Counted from the first letter of the stretch, positions 12,136 through 25,479 are shown. The stretch is DNA of 64,000 nt from Phoronis australis (GCA_002633005.1 NMRA01000005.1:307173-371172); one strand, 5' to 3'. Program-made: numbers and translations. Notes: generated by a model not told the origin, from the letters alone.

Positions 12136-14012
12136 GTAAGAATGTCACAATGAAACTTTATTGAAAAGGTGCATGGCTTGTATCGCTGATTAAGTATTAT
12201 GTGAGAATGATTGTGTGTAACAGACAGACTGAGTCATGTAACAATTGATCAGGAGCTGTCAAAATGTGCTATGTTTAAGCTGCTATACATCTGCCTTCCG
12301 TTAAAGAAACCAAACTTTTAACTTGTTAAACCCGCGCCCCGCCATTGTAAAATCGATGAGAAGGTTGGTTTGAGCTTAGAAAGAACTTAACAGTTTGTTG
12401 TCAATGTTGAAAACCATTCCTAGCCCGCATAAAATTACCTGCCATATGAAAGCTACCTTGTTGAGTGTGCATGTCTTGAAAAAGCTCAGAAATCACCTCT
12501 AATGTGGGTGAGGAGCATTTCGATTCCTTGATGCAGTAACATCAAAGTATGTTTTTTTTGACAACAGATGTGGTTATAGCCGGCAGTCTTAAGAGTGTCA
12601 TCTGTTTTAACACATTGTAGTTTTTGTCCTGCAAATTGTTTTTAATGAAGTTACTTGTTCAACTTAGGATAATGCTAACTAGCCAAGAAACATGGTTGTT
12701 AGTCTTCCTCCAGTGGAAGCCACACGCGTGCATGCAATCTCACTATGAGTTTAGGTATTCTCATGAACACAAGTATTCCCTCATAAGGTATATTTTTGCA
12801 TGCACCAGGATTATTAGACATGTTTATTTTCCAGTGACCTTAATTCCTCTATGTCCAGGTTGTTTGTGAGGGACCAGGTCCGTAGGAAGATTATCTAATA
12901 ATTAATGCATGGAGGGGAAACGAACCAGTTTGACTTGCCAAACTTATGCCTAATTCCTGTCGCCACCACCTCTTCCTCTCCCCAGTCTCCGACTGTTGCC
13001 ACATTACAGCATTTTCCCGTTGCTCTCAACTTGTTCGATTCTATAGCCCAACAACAAGTTGACAAGTTCACCTCTGTAGCCAATATCTTAACGACTGATT
13101 AACTCCATTCTGGCATTTATGTTTGGAGGGCCGGCTCTCTTTTGTTCGATAATTGCTCTTATCTCCGATCAGATCCTATCAGCCTGACTGGGCAGTGCTG
13201 CCAAAATGAAAGTTAAGTTATAACATATGTGAACATAAACCTATAGATAATAGCAATTCTGAATTCCTTGTTAAATGCTGATCATGTTTAGTTTTTGAAT
13301 CACCAAAATTGCCAAACTACAACAGAAATTAAGACAATCTGTTCTTCCAGGTTAAAGTAACCCAGTGAGGCCTGGTAGATAATTGGCCCGCTTGTTGTCA
13401 TACGGGACACGACTGTCCTGGGCAGTTAACAAAGGAGCCAGATGTTATCGCACGTTCAGAACCCCTCGCGTCTGGAAAAATTGCTGAACGATAGAATGCT
13501 GTGATGAATTTTGTACTGACCCCCTCGCTTGCCAGACGGGGGCAAACCCCTAGAAGGCAGCCATCACAACTTGAGTAACCATTTTTCAATAAAATTTCAC
13601 TGAGAATGAGACCTAGGAGCCGGCACAGATGGTTGTGTGCCTCAAATGAACTGTCAGCTGTTAGCTGACACCTCGTGCCAAAATTAAGTTAGTTGACAAA
13701 TGTTCTCTTGAATTTTCTCTTACTGTCTTCCTTTTCTTGACTGCCCCCGGCCATACGCCGGTGTCAGTTGCTTCAGTTTAACCCTCGGAGGCATGAAAAG
13801 TATTGGAGGCACATAACCTCTTTGGCTCCACACTTCCTTAGGCTCTGGAGAGAACTATACAGTGGCCATTTTCTGTCCTTCAGTCACTTGTCCATTTCAG
13901 TAGGGAAAAGTTGCACACAATACGCACATGTTCTTGACCCATAGGTGTGTCCTTGGGGTTACTGGCTTTCAACTTGTGTGTTAAATTTGTAATCTTTATT
14001 GTTTTGTTGCAG

Positions 14013-14599
14013 TTCAGAGTCATTGGAGAGGTGTGGAATCATCCATATTAGTGATGATGATGGTGATTCGTATAGTGCAGATGATGCCAGCTCTGATGAT
14101 GTCGCCAGCACTGATGACGACGATGACAATTACCGTGGTGCACGGGCAGGAAGCCACAAAATGATGTATGGTAACTTCAGGGCTGCTCAGAAAAAGAGTC
14201 TCACGAACAGAAATGATAACCAAGTTGCAGGTGCTTCATCAGTGAACACTTCCAGAAATGCTACCAGTGATGTGGCAGCACATGTTGGCCGAAACTTAAG
14301 AAGTGCTGATGAATCGATGAAGAGCAGTAGAGCTGTGTGCGATGAGTTTCCTTGTCGTATGTTGCCGTTTGCACTGAACAGCCAGGGTGTACCAACTAAC
14401 TGGTTACACAGTTCGCCTGAAGATGCTGGTCTTTATAAAATATTTGAGCTCAAGGAGGCTGATTTTGAATACCAGGTGATAAGAAGTGAGCTGGATCTTG
14501 CACAGCTTAAAGTAACTCGAATCGAGCGAGTGCAAAATCACGTGCTTCTGGACACATATAAACACCAGATGACACACCTGAGTAATCATAGACCTCCTG
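14013..14599 (+). CDS. Coding exon D: acidic low-complexity region plus N-terminal part of a mono-ADP-ribosyltransferase (PARP7/11/12/14-type) catalytic domain
   Basis: ttgttgcag acceptor and gtgagt donor. ORF contains VPTNW...YKIFELKEADFEYQVI...KVTRIERVQNHVLLDTY, the P.W / EY..V / I.RVQN..L...Y signature that precedes the catalytic FHG motif. Confidence 0.8.
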
Positions 14600-15088
14600 G
14601 TGAGTGGAATTGTTAAATTTTTGGCAAAACAGTTGGAGTTTCTTTGAATACAGCTTTTCGAATAAGTTTCAGGTCATGGGAAATGAGCAGCAATTATAAA
14701 TTTTTAAAAGTATCGGAAACCCTGTATTAGCATGCTATGAACATTCCCACTAAATAAAATTGGTTCTAACCCCGGTGTTTAAGGTAGACGGCGGGGTATG
14801 GAAAATTGAACTAGACCGTATTTATCCACCTTGGCTGAGACGCGCTCGGCTCATGCTCAAAGGGATGCCGCCAAGCTGCTCTATTCATCGAGTCACGAGC
14901 GAGGATAATTGACTTCGCTCATGCGGTTATGATCAGCTGATTACAGTCTAGCCTAACAACTGTACTTTTTATGGAGAGAATTTTACGTAGTTTTTACTGT
15001 AATATTTGAAAAGAGGAGCGAAAACAAATACGAATACAACTTTGAATTTTTCAAATCGGCCCAGGATTAGAGATTTTGCAACACAGAA

Positions 15089-15330
15089 ACACTCACGATT
15101 ACTTTCATTCGGCGCACACGAATACAAAAATACAGGACCCAAGTTAGGATTGTATAAATGTAGAACTACTCCGTGTGTTATTTAGGTTTTGGAAAAAATG
15201 CATTTTAATTACACTCACGATTACTTTCATTCGGCGCGCACGAATACAAAAATATAGGACCCAAGTTAGGATTGTATAAATGTAGAGCTACTCCGTGTGT
15301 TATTTAGGTTTTGGAAAAAATGCATTTTAA
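15089..15330. repeat. Tandem direct repeat, 2 x 122 bp
   Basis: acactcacgattactttcattcggcgc...ggaaaaaatgcattttaat starts at 15089 and again at 15211. Confidence 0.9.
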
Positions 15331-15539
15331 TACTCAAAATACGTTTTGTATAGCTAGTACAAGCTCTAAAACGACTTTGTGTAATTTCATTGAGATTGTT
15401 CTTTGTCATCCGTCAAACCGGAAACTTCCGAGATGTGACTCTGCGAGCGCACTCACCTTGCACGTTACAGCCGTTTAAGGAAAAACAATCTAGTAAACGC
15501 CATTTTCTTGCATAATCCTCCGCCTTTTGTAACAAAAAA

Positions 15540-16225
15540 GTCTATCGTCGATGACCCGCACACGCACGCTCACTCACTCTCATACGCAGACGACCTTCAA
15601 AACAAACGTCACGTGACAACAACATGTGCGTTCATCCTGAGATTTTTCTCGTGTTGTGGAGTACGATGTAGCGCAGATTTGGACTTAATCGCAATTAATC
15701 TGGACTCCACAGGAACTTTAAAAATTGTAAAACATCAGGAAGATTTCAGGTTCGTCACGTTACAACAACGTGTGTTCATCCAGAGATTTTTCTCGTGTTG
15801 TGGGGTACGATGTAGCGCAGATTTGGACCTAATCGCAATTAATCTGGACTCCACATGAACTTTAAAAATTGTAAAACATAAGGAGGATTTCAGGTAATTT
15901 GTTGAGTCGAAACTATATTTTTATTCAAGAATTCAAGTTTTTCTATTGACGATCGCGATTCAGCGACCTATCAGTCGGCAAGTTTTCGCCCTAGGATTTC
16001 AGAGGAATTTTTTGAAAAATGATCGTAATTTAACAACGGAGTTTGATAGCAATGCACCACAGTTTTGTAGAAAGGCTGTCATAGGCTACAAATACGTCAC
16101 AGAGCATAAATTTGATGAATCCTAGCTTCCAATTTTACCCGGCGTTTCGGAAACCGGGTTTCAACTGCCTTAGGCTACAAAAAGCGTCCCCTCCCCGTGA
16201 AATTATTTTTTCTAAGCGTTTATTA
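15540..16225 (-). mobile_element. MITE family B, inverted partial copy with an internal tandem duplication of about 146 bp
   Basis: Reverse complement of about 3640-4160 (aaatttgatgaatcctagcttcc, gttgagtcgaaact). The unit cgtcacgt.acaacaac...gatttcagg repeats at 15607 and 15753. Confidence 0.8.
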
Positions 16226-19054
16226 GAGCCAATACATCTTTCCACCAAGGCTAAGTGATGCAACGACATTATTCTTTGTTGTATTAGTTAACTGGTCTTG
16301 GCTAATTATCGTTTTATGGCCTGGTCATCCATTCAGCCAAAAGTAGTTCCATAGGTGGCTTATCAGCCAATTATTCACGCATGCTGACTCACAATAGAAG
16401 CCTGATAAGAGTGAAGGTGGATAAACGCGGTGTTCCTACAGTTTCTTGCGGTAGTGGATGTGTTCACGACATGTGTGTTTGAATCCGTGCTGCTAGGCGA
16501 CTATCAACTAATGCCTAAATTGCATTGATCGAAGTGCCCTGTCACATAGGTCGAGAGCCCATTGCACGGGGCTTAGAACTCATGAACCCTCTTGGTCACC
16601 AGGTTCTTCGTTACAGAGTTGCAGAATCTGTAACCACATTAATCTGCTATCGATGCTTGGCGTTAACGCAAACTTCGCCACCAGTTTACAGGAGGCAGAC
16701 AGCGCCCCTTTCAGCTTGTCTGGACTTAGGATACAACAGATTTTGAATCCTTAGGTCTGGAGACATGGCTTATGTAACTCTCTGATCCTCAGTTGCAAAC
16801 AAGTCTGGTCGATTTACTCAATTCCCTTGAACTCCCCAAAGCAAGAGTCCGATGGGGACCCTCCGGGACAGGATCCACAGGTGGGTGTTTCGAGCGAAAG
16901 CAGCGATTCCTGAACAAAAGCTTGGTTCGAATAGCAAGACCAACAACTGGCCATTATCGTCTCAAACATTCCTCCGTAGTCTAAATCCTTGAGAGGATTG
17001 TTTGAGCCATAAAGGCACGCCTAGTCACATTTGGCATTTGAACCAATGCTTTCGCTTGTCTGGTCCTCTCATAGCGCGGTCGCCGGGATCGCCATGATAA
17101 ACCCGCGTTCCGTCCACGAAGCGAATTTTTAATTCATACACTGGTTTCGACTGGTTCCTTATTGGTATAAAAAGTGAAATCTGGGCGGGCAACGAACTGG
17201 CTGTCCCCTATTTGTAGAAAATAAGACGCCATGATGGCAAGCCAACTTGAAGAGCCACGTTTTCACTGACGATCTGTCAGTCCATCGTAGGTGACCTACT
17301 AGACGGGCTAGTTGAAACACGGTTACATAAAGTTAAGTAATCTAAATCAGAAATTAAAGTCCCGTGATTCGCCTACGTTCAAGTTTATGTAATTTGTCTA
17401 CCAAATAAATCTTTTACTGAAGTCATCGATATAGTCATAGTAAAATGGCTTAAAAATAAATTACATGCGCGCAACCAGCCTAAAAATGGGGGGGGGGGTC
17501 GAATTTTTGAGAATGTGGACTTTTTACTTAGATTCACGGAGATGTTTAAAAATATGAATTGTGTATTCGCCCATTTTTGTAGTTCTTGCCTTTTTAGTGG
17601 TCTTTTTTCTCATTTTCTACTTTTTTTCGGAGTTTTTGTTTATCTGAGACAGACCTTTTTGCCCACTGGAGGCTCGTTCTAGTCTGGGTGCGCGCAAAAA
17701 GTAAGGCTAAAACTCTGTTTTTAGTTAACAATTTCTAAGAAATTGAGACAAGAAACTTAATTTAGACAGGTAAAAGTTCCGTACTTGAGAGGAATTAACT
17801 TCATGACAATTTGATTGGTAGCTTTGGGATTTACTACATGTATGTCCGTTCTGACGGTGAGACTGAACGCCGGTTTTCAACAATAGATGGTTTTAGTTTT
17901 AGATATTGAACATGCATTTCAATCCCATGCATTTATCACCTAAAATGTAAATAAATAAAAATCAAATTTTTAACCGATCGACGGCTTTCTTTTACTAGCT
18001 GTAGTCCACGATGACATGCGTGAGGATGGAACTCATTTCTGTAATGGCGTGTGAATATCTGGGTTCGAGACTTCGTTTGTGTCCTAGTAACCTGCTTCAC
18101 TTTCGGATAGTGAGAAAAATAGACTTGCCACAGGGTACGATGATTTAAGACCACTTCCAGGTCATCACACATGCGCAGAGACTTTCCAAGCGTTTCAGGC
18201 TCACTGCTCAATAAATCCTCATTACCCTGACGGCAATTGTTCACATAGGTAGCGCACAATATGGCTGACAAGTGAAGATTAAGAAAAACTTAGTCCATTA
18301 GTTGCATGGCCTTTGTATTGTGTAAACATAAAACATTTGGCAGTTTCCATTATTTGTAGCGAAGTAACCCCTTTGCAAAAAAGGAAAATGACATTTTGGC
18401 AGTTAATAGTGTGCGAGATAAGTGAATAATTACCGGCTTACCGTAGGCAGCACTGAAAGGAGCCCCAGAATGTCTTCTTTACCTTTTAAAGTTAAGTCAC
18501 GTTTCTAAAAATGTAAACCTCTGCTCACGTCACCTCAGTTTTGAAGGCGTTCTTGATCATTCACCAAGAACACTTTACTTGAAAGTTATTTTAAACCTTT
18601 TAGCTGATGACATTCCTCAAACCGGAAGCAACGGTCCCGAATAGGGACTAAATTAAATTCTCTGAATCTACTGCGTATTTGTGAACTTGTGAAAACAATG
18701 ATTGTCCTTTCTTATGCTATCTGAGTCTCATTTTTATAAGTCAGTTTTTGGCTTTGATACAAATCGTGAGTGAACTCTATGTTGAATTCTCAATAGTATT
18801 GAAAGTAAGTAGGAATCTTTTCAAGCAACGCCCCTAATTTAATGTACTTAGTAAGTTCCTAATTATTTTGACTGAATTATGTTAGAAAATGTAATTACTC
18901 AAAGAGAAACTCATAATACATATACAATGAAAGAAAAAATAATACATCTGTGAGTAAAGAACGAAAAAAAAACACCCAAAAGATTTAAGAAACTTATAGT
19001 TTGAGTCCCTATTTGAGACAAGTTAGTCATGGAATCCCGCAGTGGAATCACTAT

Positions 19055-19690
19055 TCATTCAAACAACTCAGGCTTGTACAACACCAATGAATTCGGAAGC
19101 GTTTTTTAAGTCGCTTAATGGTTTGAACATAGGCGGATCCAGGGAGGGTCAAGGGGGTCCGGATCCCACCTTCTTCCCTTGATTTTAGAAATATGAAATC
19201 CAGCATCGTTGACTTGGATCCCCCGTTTAACAAAATTCTTGATCCGACCCCCCTTTTAAAAAATGTGGATCCTCCACAACTAGTTGGATGTTTTTTTTTT
19301 GTTAATGGAACTTCGTTGAAAACATGACTAAACTTTTTGTTTGAAAGCTTGATACAGAGTCGCTCGTAGTGTCGAAACAATCTCCTTTCTTCAAGTGTGC
19401 AGCTTCATGTACTAGCAAAACACCGAGACTGGGACATCAAAAACAATTAAATAAAAACACAAGCTACATTTCGAGACATTGTGTCTCATTATCAGGCAAT
19501 AAGTGGAATGAACATATACGTAGCGAAATAAACAAGTGAAATACACGTGACAGTGGGAAGAGGGGCATACAAACAGAGAGTGTGATTGCAACACACGGTG
19601 GGAAGCCCGCAACCCTATCGAACAGCGTGCGGTACACACGTGTGAGCCGCTCATTCATCACAGGTTTTTCGTGACTTATCAACAGCGATT
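19055..19690 (-). mobile_element. Penelope-like pseudo-LTR relic with hammerhead motif, interrupted by a Harbinger-type MITE (about 19129-19275)
   Basis: Minus-strand CTGATAA-T-GAGACA-caa-TGTCTC-GAAA-TGTA at 19463-19497, followed by the Penelope-style N-terminal peptide FRHYERLCIKLSNKKFSHVFNE. Confidence 0.55.
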
Positions 19691-19788
19691 CCTAAATCTT
19701 TAAACGAAATGTGTCATTTTCAAAACGGAGAATGATGGTATTTTCTACTATGCCTAGTTAACTTTCGGCCACATTGGTTTACAAAATG

Positions 19789-19926
19789 CAGGGGCGGATC
19801 CAGGATTTTGAGTTGGGGGGTGGGGGCAGGGCAGACATTCGCATCCCCGAGCTACCAAATGGAATCTGGGAGAATTTTAGGGAGGGGCATGGCCCCCTTG
19901 TCCCCTCCCCCCTAAATCCGTCCCTG
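19789..19926. mobile_element. Short PIF/Harbinger-type MITE (related copies 21873-22233 spanning the N gap, 44071-44234, 19129-19275)
   Basis: Termini caggggcggatccagg ... cctaaatccgtccctg with G/C runs. The internal sequence ggattttgagttgggggg..ctgggagaattttagg is shared with the 21873 copy. Confidence 0.65.
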
Positions 19927-20790
19927 CTTTCGTAAAATTTATGAAACTGGACCAATTAATGGGCTTTTTTGCACACTTGTCGGAGTGAGAGAAATGAGTT
20001 GTTGTGTCACGTGACCATCACGAGAAGGTGCTTATAAAATTAGGTAGCCTCGCGTAGCAATGAGTGATTGAAACGTAGCATTATCGCGGAGGAAAAAGCC
20101 TGCGTAAAAGACAAGACGACATTTAGAACTGGCTCGGAGAGACTAAGCGATAAAATCTCTGTACTCGGATAAGATGTGTGTTCAAATTTCAAAGTAGCTG
20201 CCGGGTAACTTTTTTAGAGTTTCCTAAGCTGCGCTACATCCGAAAACCGGCGGGACAGCTAACAAGCGTTCTCGCAAGCAATGGCATTTCTAAAAATAAC
20301 TTACGACCTTACTTTAATGTTTGAGTATCTCCTACAATCCTTTGTGATTCCTACGGATAACGAAGGGCAATATTTTATCGCACACAAATCGTCTCCCCAG
20401 TTCAAAATAACGCCACTGTCAGAACTGAATAAGTCAGTGTAGGCTTATCACTCCAGTAACCTTCAGGATTTATGCCGGGGTTACGTGCTGAAGTTTATTA
20501 GGATTGTTTCTCGATCACTTTCTGCTATTAACTGTACGGTCGAAGCACACATAACTAGTAGAATCAAAAACATACAGTTAGTACTATATACTTGAGATTC
20601 ATGACAATAGGGCCGTCCCGGATTACACAATAACACTCGAATCTCGCTGTATTTGCCATAAACATTCGTCAGGCACATTTGCTGCCTCGTTTTCGAGCCA
20701 CTGGAGTTTCACATATTATTTGTTGTTGTCTGATTCTTAACAAGTTTTTCTCGGTTGCATTACTCTATTCGTTCTTCCTAACAAAGTATT

Positions 20791-20898
20791 AAATGTTGTG
20801 TTGTGGGCTGCAACACCGGCGTGAAAACGTTTTATAAACTGGACAAATACCCGTCGATGCGTGATCTAAAATTCTTTTGCCTTCCCGACATTAATTAA
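20791..20898 (+). pseudogene. Degenerate THAP zinc-finger N-terminus (P-element/THAP transposon relic)
   Basis: Frame reads KCCVVGCNTGVKTFYKLDKYPSMRDLKFFCLPD*, matching the THAP CxVxGC...FFxxP pattern. No start codon or continuation found. Confidence 0.5.
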
Positions 20899-21986
20899 TG
20901 AGAGACACGAAAATCTGATGTGCCTGATTTCAAAAACTAGATCACGTACCTACTTATTTCCATAATAATGGCGAATAAAAGTTCTTTCCAAGGATAGTCC
21001 TGAAAAAAGCTTGAAATGCTATTCCCAGAAATTGTTGTTCACATTGCTGGGTAAAGAATTGTTATCAGTTTTCTGTGTTTATGCTTTTTTGACCCCGTTA
21101 ATTATCGTCAGAAATTTCAGGCAATATTTCCAATTTCTATTTATTATTATTACTGAGACCATGGATGAGTTAATCTATAACACCAAACTATTTCACTGTC
21201 CAGCAGTTTCTATAATTTTTCAATTCCAAAAATGAGATTTCATGTTAAAATTTGACACTGATTTTGAGCGAAAACTGATGTGCCCGACTTTTAAACTATT
21301 TATCAGAGTAGGAATTGTATTAAACTACATTTTAGTAATATAACATAAGCAAGTAAACTGCAACGCATAGTACGATCCAAATCCGTGACATAGGGTATAT
21401 CACCCACATAAGGCTTTTTGTCTGGTCTGAAGCGCACTGCACTCTTAAGGTAGGAAACTGGTTGGTTTTCTCATCGGAATGTGTGAATGAATGAGCTTAT
21501 GAAAAACTTATACGTTCATGGCACTGTAGTCATGATATGAATAAAAGAATGAAAAGAGAAAACAAGATATTGCGGTTTTAATATGGGTGTGCCTTCTATA
21601 TTCGTCTTTTATCTATTTTATTCATAAAACGTACTTAGTCGGCACGCATCTGTTTGCAAATTTTATAATGAACACGCGGTTTACTCCGTGGATGGGCGGA
21701 CACAGGTTATCGCTGACCGGTGTTTAATTAGTAGCTTTCGGTGCGACGATAGACTGAAAACTGCTTCGAGTTAATCACTTTATTAACTTCGGCCCCACGT
21801 ACCAAGTCTACTCAAGCAATACGTACTACGTAATGTCTGTTCTATGCTCCAGGTAGTGCTGCAAAACCTTGACCAGGGGCAGATCCAGGATTTTGAGTTG
21901 GGGGGCGGAGCAGAGTATTAGCCAGGAATTTGCCCGTCAGACACTTACACCCCGAATTACCAAATTTAATCTGGGAGAATTTTAGG

Positions 21987-22211
21987 NNNNNNNNNNNNNN
22001 NNNNNNNNNNNNNNNNNNNNNNNNNNNNNNNNNNNNNNNNNNNNNNNNNNNNNNNNNNNNNNNNNNNNNNNNNNNNNNNNNNNNNNNNNNNNNNNNNNNN
22101 NNNNNNNNNNNNNNNNNNNNNNNNNNNNNNNNNNNNNNNNNNNNNNNNNNNNNNNNNNNNNNNNNNNNNNNNNNNNNNNNNNNNNNNNNNNNNNNNNNNN
22201 NNNNNNNNNNN
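21987..22211. other. Assembly gap (225 N) inside a Harbinger-type MITE
   Basis: N run flanked by the two halves of the MITE seen intact at 19789-19926. Confidence 0.95.
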
Positions 22212-23177
22212 CCCCCCTCTAAATCCGCCACTGAAATGATCTTGAATGGACACCCCCTGCAAGTGCATAGATAACCGTCGCGAGAGAGAAACACCGTGTG
22301 TCCAATGCCAACGCTGTTCACGAGAATGAACTAAGACATTCGCCCTCATGACATGTGAATTGGTGAATAACATTTTATTTGGCCATTGGTGGTAGTCTTT
22401 CACGACTGGGGTTGTTTTTCATGACGTGACTTTATATTCTGATAATAAATAACTAAATTCAATCTATCACCAGATTTGACCACCTTAACATTATCCTTGC
22501 AATTTTTCGTCACTCAGATAATTATTAGTCAAGACACAGTTCTCATAATACACGTTCTTAGTGGTACTATTACTGGGTTCAGTCAACATGAGAGTCAATC
22601 CCAGATATGAAGAATCTAACGTGGGTTATCAACAAAAGAATTAGTACAACCATTGTTGACAAGAACTTGTTTTATGAGTTGGGGACTCGCGTTGAATGCT
22701 TGCCAATGATATCTGATGCGCTCTCTTGAGGTAACTAGTCAAAACCGCTAGGTTGTAGGGCTGAGGGCTTTCAAACAAAAAAGTTTAGTCGTTTTTCAGC
22801 GAAGCCTGTGTCAACGAAGGGCTGCTACCGAACTATACTAGTTTGTAAATGGAAATAGAATATTATTTCAGTAGCTAATATTAGAGACCGATTTCACGAG
22901 GGTAAAAGGTATAACTCAGGGCAAAATCCAGCAAAGGAACTTGAGACTTTGTCCACTTGAATATGCTGCTAGGCACAATAGTAAATGCGGGCGTGAACAA
23001 ATCATTCATAAAGAGAGAATAAACATTACTATAATTTAATTGACAATTTACATTTAATTATTACAAAGTTAACATACAAAATTGTAAATATCATATCAAA
23101 ACTACCCAAGTGTAATATATCCATAATTAACTGACCTTACAAAAACTTATGGGAGAAGAGTGCTTCCAACAAGCCAT

Positions 23178-23290
23178 ATATAGCCATAATTAAGTCAAGT
23201 TAAAACATATAGCAATAACTAGGTCAAGTTAAAACCTATAGCGATAATTAAGTCAAGTTAAAACATATAGCGATAATTAGGTCAAGTTAA
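23178..23290. repeat. 29-bp minisatellite, about 4 copies, in the probable prickle 3' UTR (repeated in the duplicated segment about 24053-24165)
   Basis: Units of atagc.ataa.ta.gtcaagttaaaac.t. Confidence 0.85.
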
Positions 23291-25479
23291 TACATTTGCA
23301 GACTGGGAGATATAGAAACAGTGACCTCCCATGCAATATTGTATCACTACTCTTAACTCATTGTTTCAAAATGCACTTCTCATAACAGACAATTTTTAAA
23401 GATTTTGAAACTATTCGGCTTTCAACCTACGATAACCACTCCCACTTTCCACATAACATGTGACGTCTGGACCCCAGGGGACATTTGACAACCACTATCC
23501 ACTCATGTGACAATAGAAGCATAATCACACAATGGCTGTGTATAACTAGACATTCTCAAAGTTGCAGTAAAATCTCATTTGTAAATACCTCTTTGGTTTG
23601 ACTGCATAAAATTTGCAGAGGCAAGATTATAAAGCTATGGCCATCACGTGACTATCACATGACTTTAAAACCATGCGTTAACCTACTCTGTCCAACAGAT
23701 TAAATCATACCTGCTACTAATGAATACGTAAGCTGGAAAAAACAATAAAAATCATGAAAATGCAGACAGATAGCCAGGAATTTTTCAGTGTGAAATCCAT
23801 AAAATTGAAATGTTAATAATAGGCACTGGAGGATGCACTCCAATGGCAAGTTGAGTACATACACAAAAATAGTGTTCCTCTCAACCAAGGAAGATATTGT
23901 TGAATGCTAAATATGGATAAAAGGAGACAAGACAGACNCAAAGTTAACATACAAAATTGTAAATATCATATCAAAACTACCCAAGTGTAATATATCCATA
24001 ATTAACTGACCTTACAAAAACTTATGGGAGAAGAGTGCTTCCAACAAGCCATATATAGCCATAATTAAGTCAAGTTAAAACATATAGCAATAACTAGGTC
24101 AAGTTAAAACCTATAGCGATAATTAAGTCAAGTTAAAACATATAGCGATAATTAGGTCAAGTTAATAGATGTGCAGACTGGGAGATGTAGAAACAGTGAC
24201 TGCGGTAGACCTCCCATGCAATATTGTATCACTACTCTTAACTCATTGTTTCAAAATGCACTTCTCATCACAGACAATTTTTAAAGATTTTGAAACTATT
24301 CGGCTTTCAACCTACGATAACCACTCCCACTTTCCACATAACACGTGACGTCTCGACCCCAGGGGACATTTGACAACCACGATCCACTCATGTGACAATA
24401 GAAGCATACTCACACAATGGCTGTGTATAACTAGACATTCTCAAAGTTGCAGTAAAATCTCATTTGTAAATACCTCTTTGGTTTGACTGCATAAAATTTG
24501 CAGAGGCAAGATTATAATGCTATGGCCATCACGTGACTATCACATGACTTTAAAACCATGCGTTAACCTACTCTGTCCAACAGATTAAATCATACCTGCT
24601 ACTAATGAACACGTAAGCAGGAAAAAAACAATAAAAATCATGAAAATGCATCAGATAGCCAGGGATTTTTCAGTGTGAAATCCATAAAATTGAAATGTTA
24701 ATAATAGGCACTGGAGGATGCACTCCAATGGCAAGTTGAGTACATACACAAAAATAGTGTTCCTCTCAACCAAGGAAGATATTGTTTAACGCTAAATATG
24801 GATAAAAGGAGACAAGACAGACGCTTTCTACTCATCTCCAGTTGCAAGAACGTGCTAAATACAAAATACAATTTCCGAAGACAAAAATAATCATAGAAGA
24901 TCAAACCGGGATGTACATAAATTATCTGAACACACAGATTTCCTCTATACTAAAATACTTCACAAAAGATCAGAAATGCTTCACCAAGCATAAAAACTGA
25001 AATGGCAAGTAAGAAACATCCAGGAATATTGCACTACAATAAACAATAGACAACATCCAATAACCGCCACAGAGAGCTGGTATTTACAGCAATAGTGGAC
25101 ATTCAAATGAAGTTTGCGCTTTGAATACACAGGCAGTCTCAAGTTACAAAAATCTCACAAATACAATAAATACGTTGTAATTAAATGATTGAAAATCATT
25201 AGGCATAAGACAACTCCGAAGTTATAATGCATGGGACCATTACTTCATAAATACAAAACAAATACATATTTCATGAAATATTTCTGGTATGTATGCTAAT
25301 AGTGAGTTCCCCGATAAAAATTCCAAATCAGTTGTGTATAAAATTCTGTAGGAAATTAAGTCTCTTCACAACATATCATAACCAAGGCACTAGGCACGAG
25401 CACGTCTTTGTAGGTAAAATACATCTGTAACAAGTATCTGTATAAAGTTGTAAATTAGTTATTAAAGGTTGAATTATTT

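Noticed and set aside
16500-17100. Coding-like GC-balanced stretch
   Set aside because: The frames I translated are interrupted and no motif was recognised; probably a decayed transposon.
21487-21540. MNELMKNLYVHGT as the missing PARP FHGT exon
   Set aside because: Bounded by in-frame stops, with no suitable splice sites and no downstream PARP motifs.
21842-22403. ORFs spanning the N gap
   Set aside because: Open only because of Ns.
23178-23290. Regularly spaced 29-bp repeats resembling a CRISPR array
   Set aside because: Head-to-tail minisatellite without unique spacers, in eukaryotic DNA with no cas genes.
23064-24822. Tandem duplication of about 880 bp in the prickle 3' UTR region
   Set aside because: Same signature: two allelic-level copies separated by a single N at 23938.
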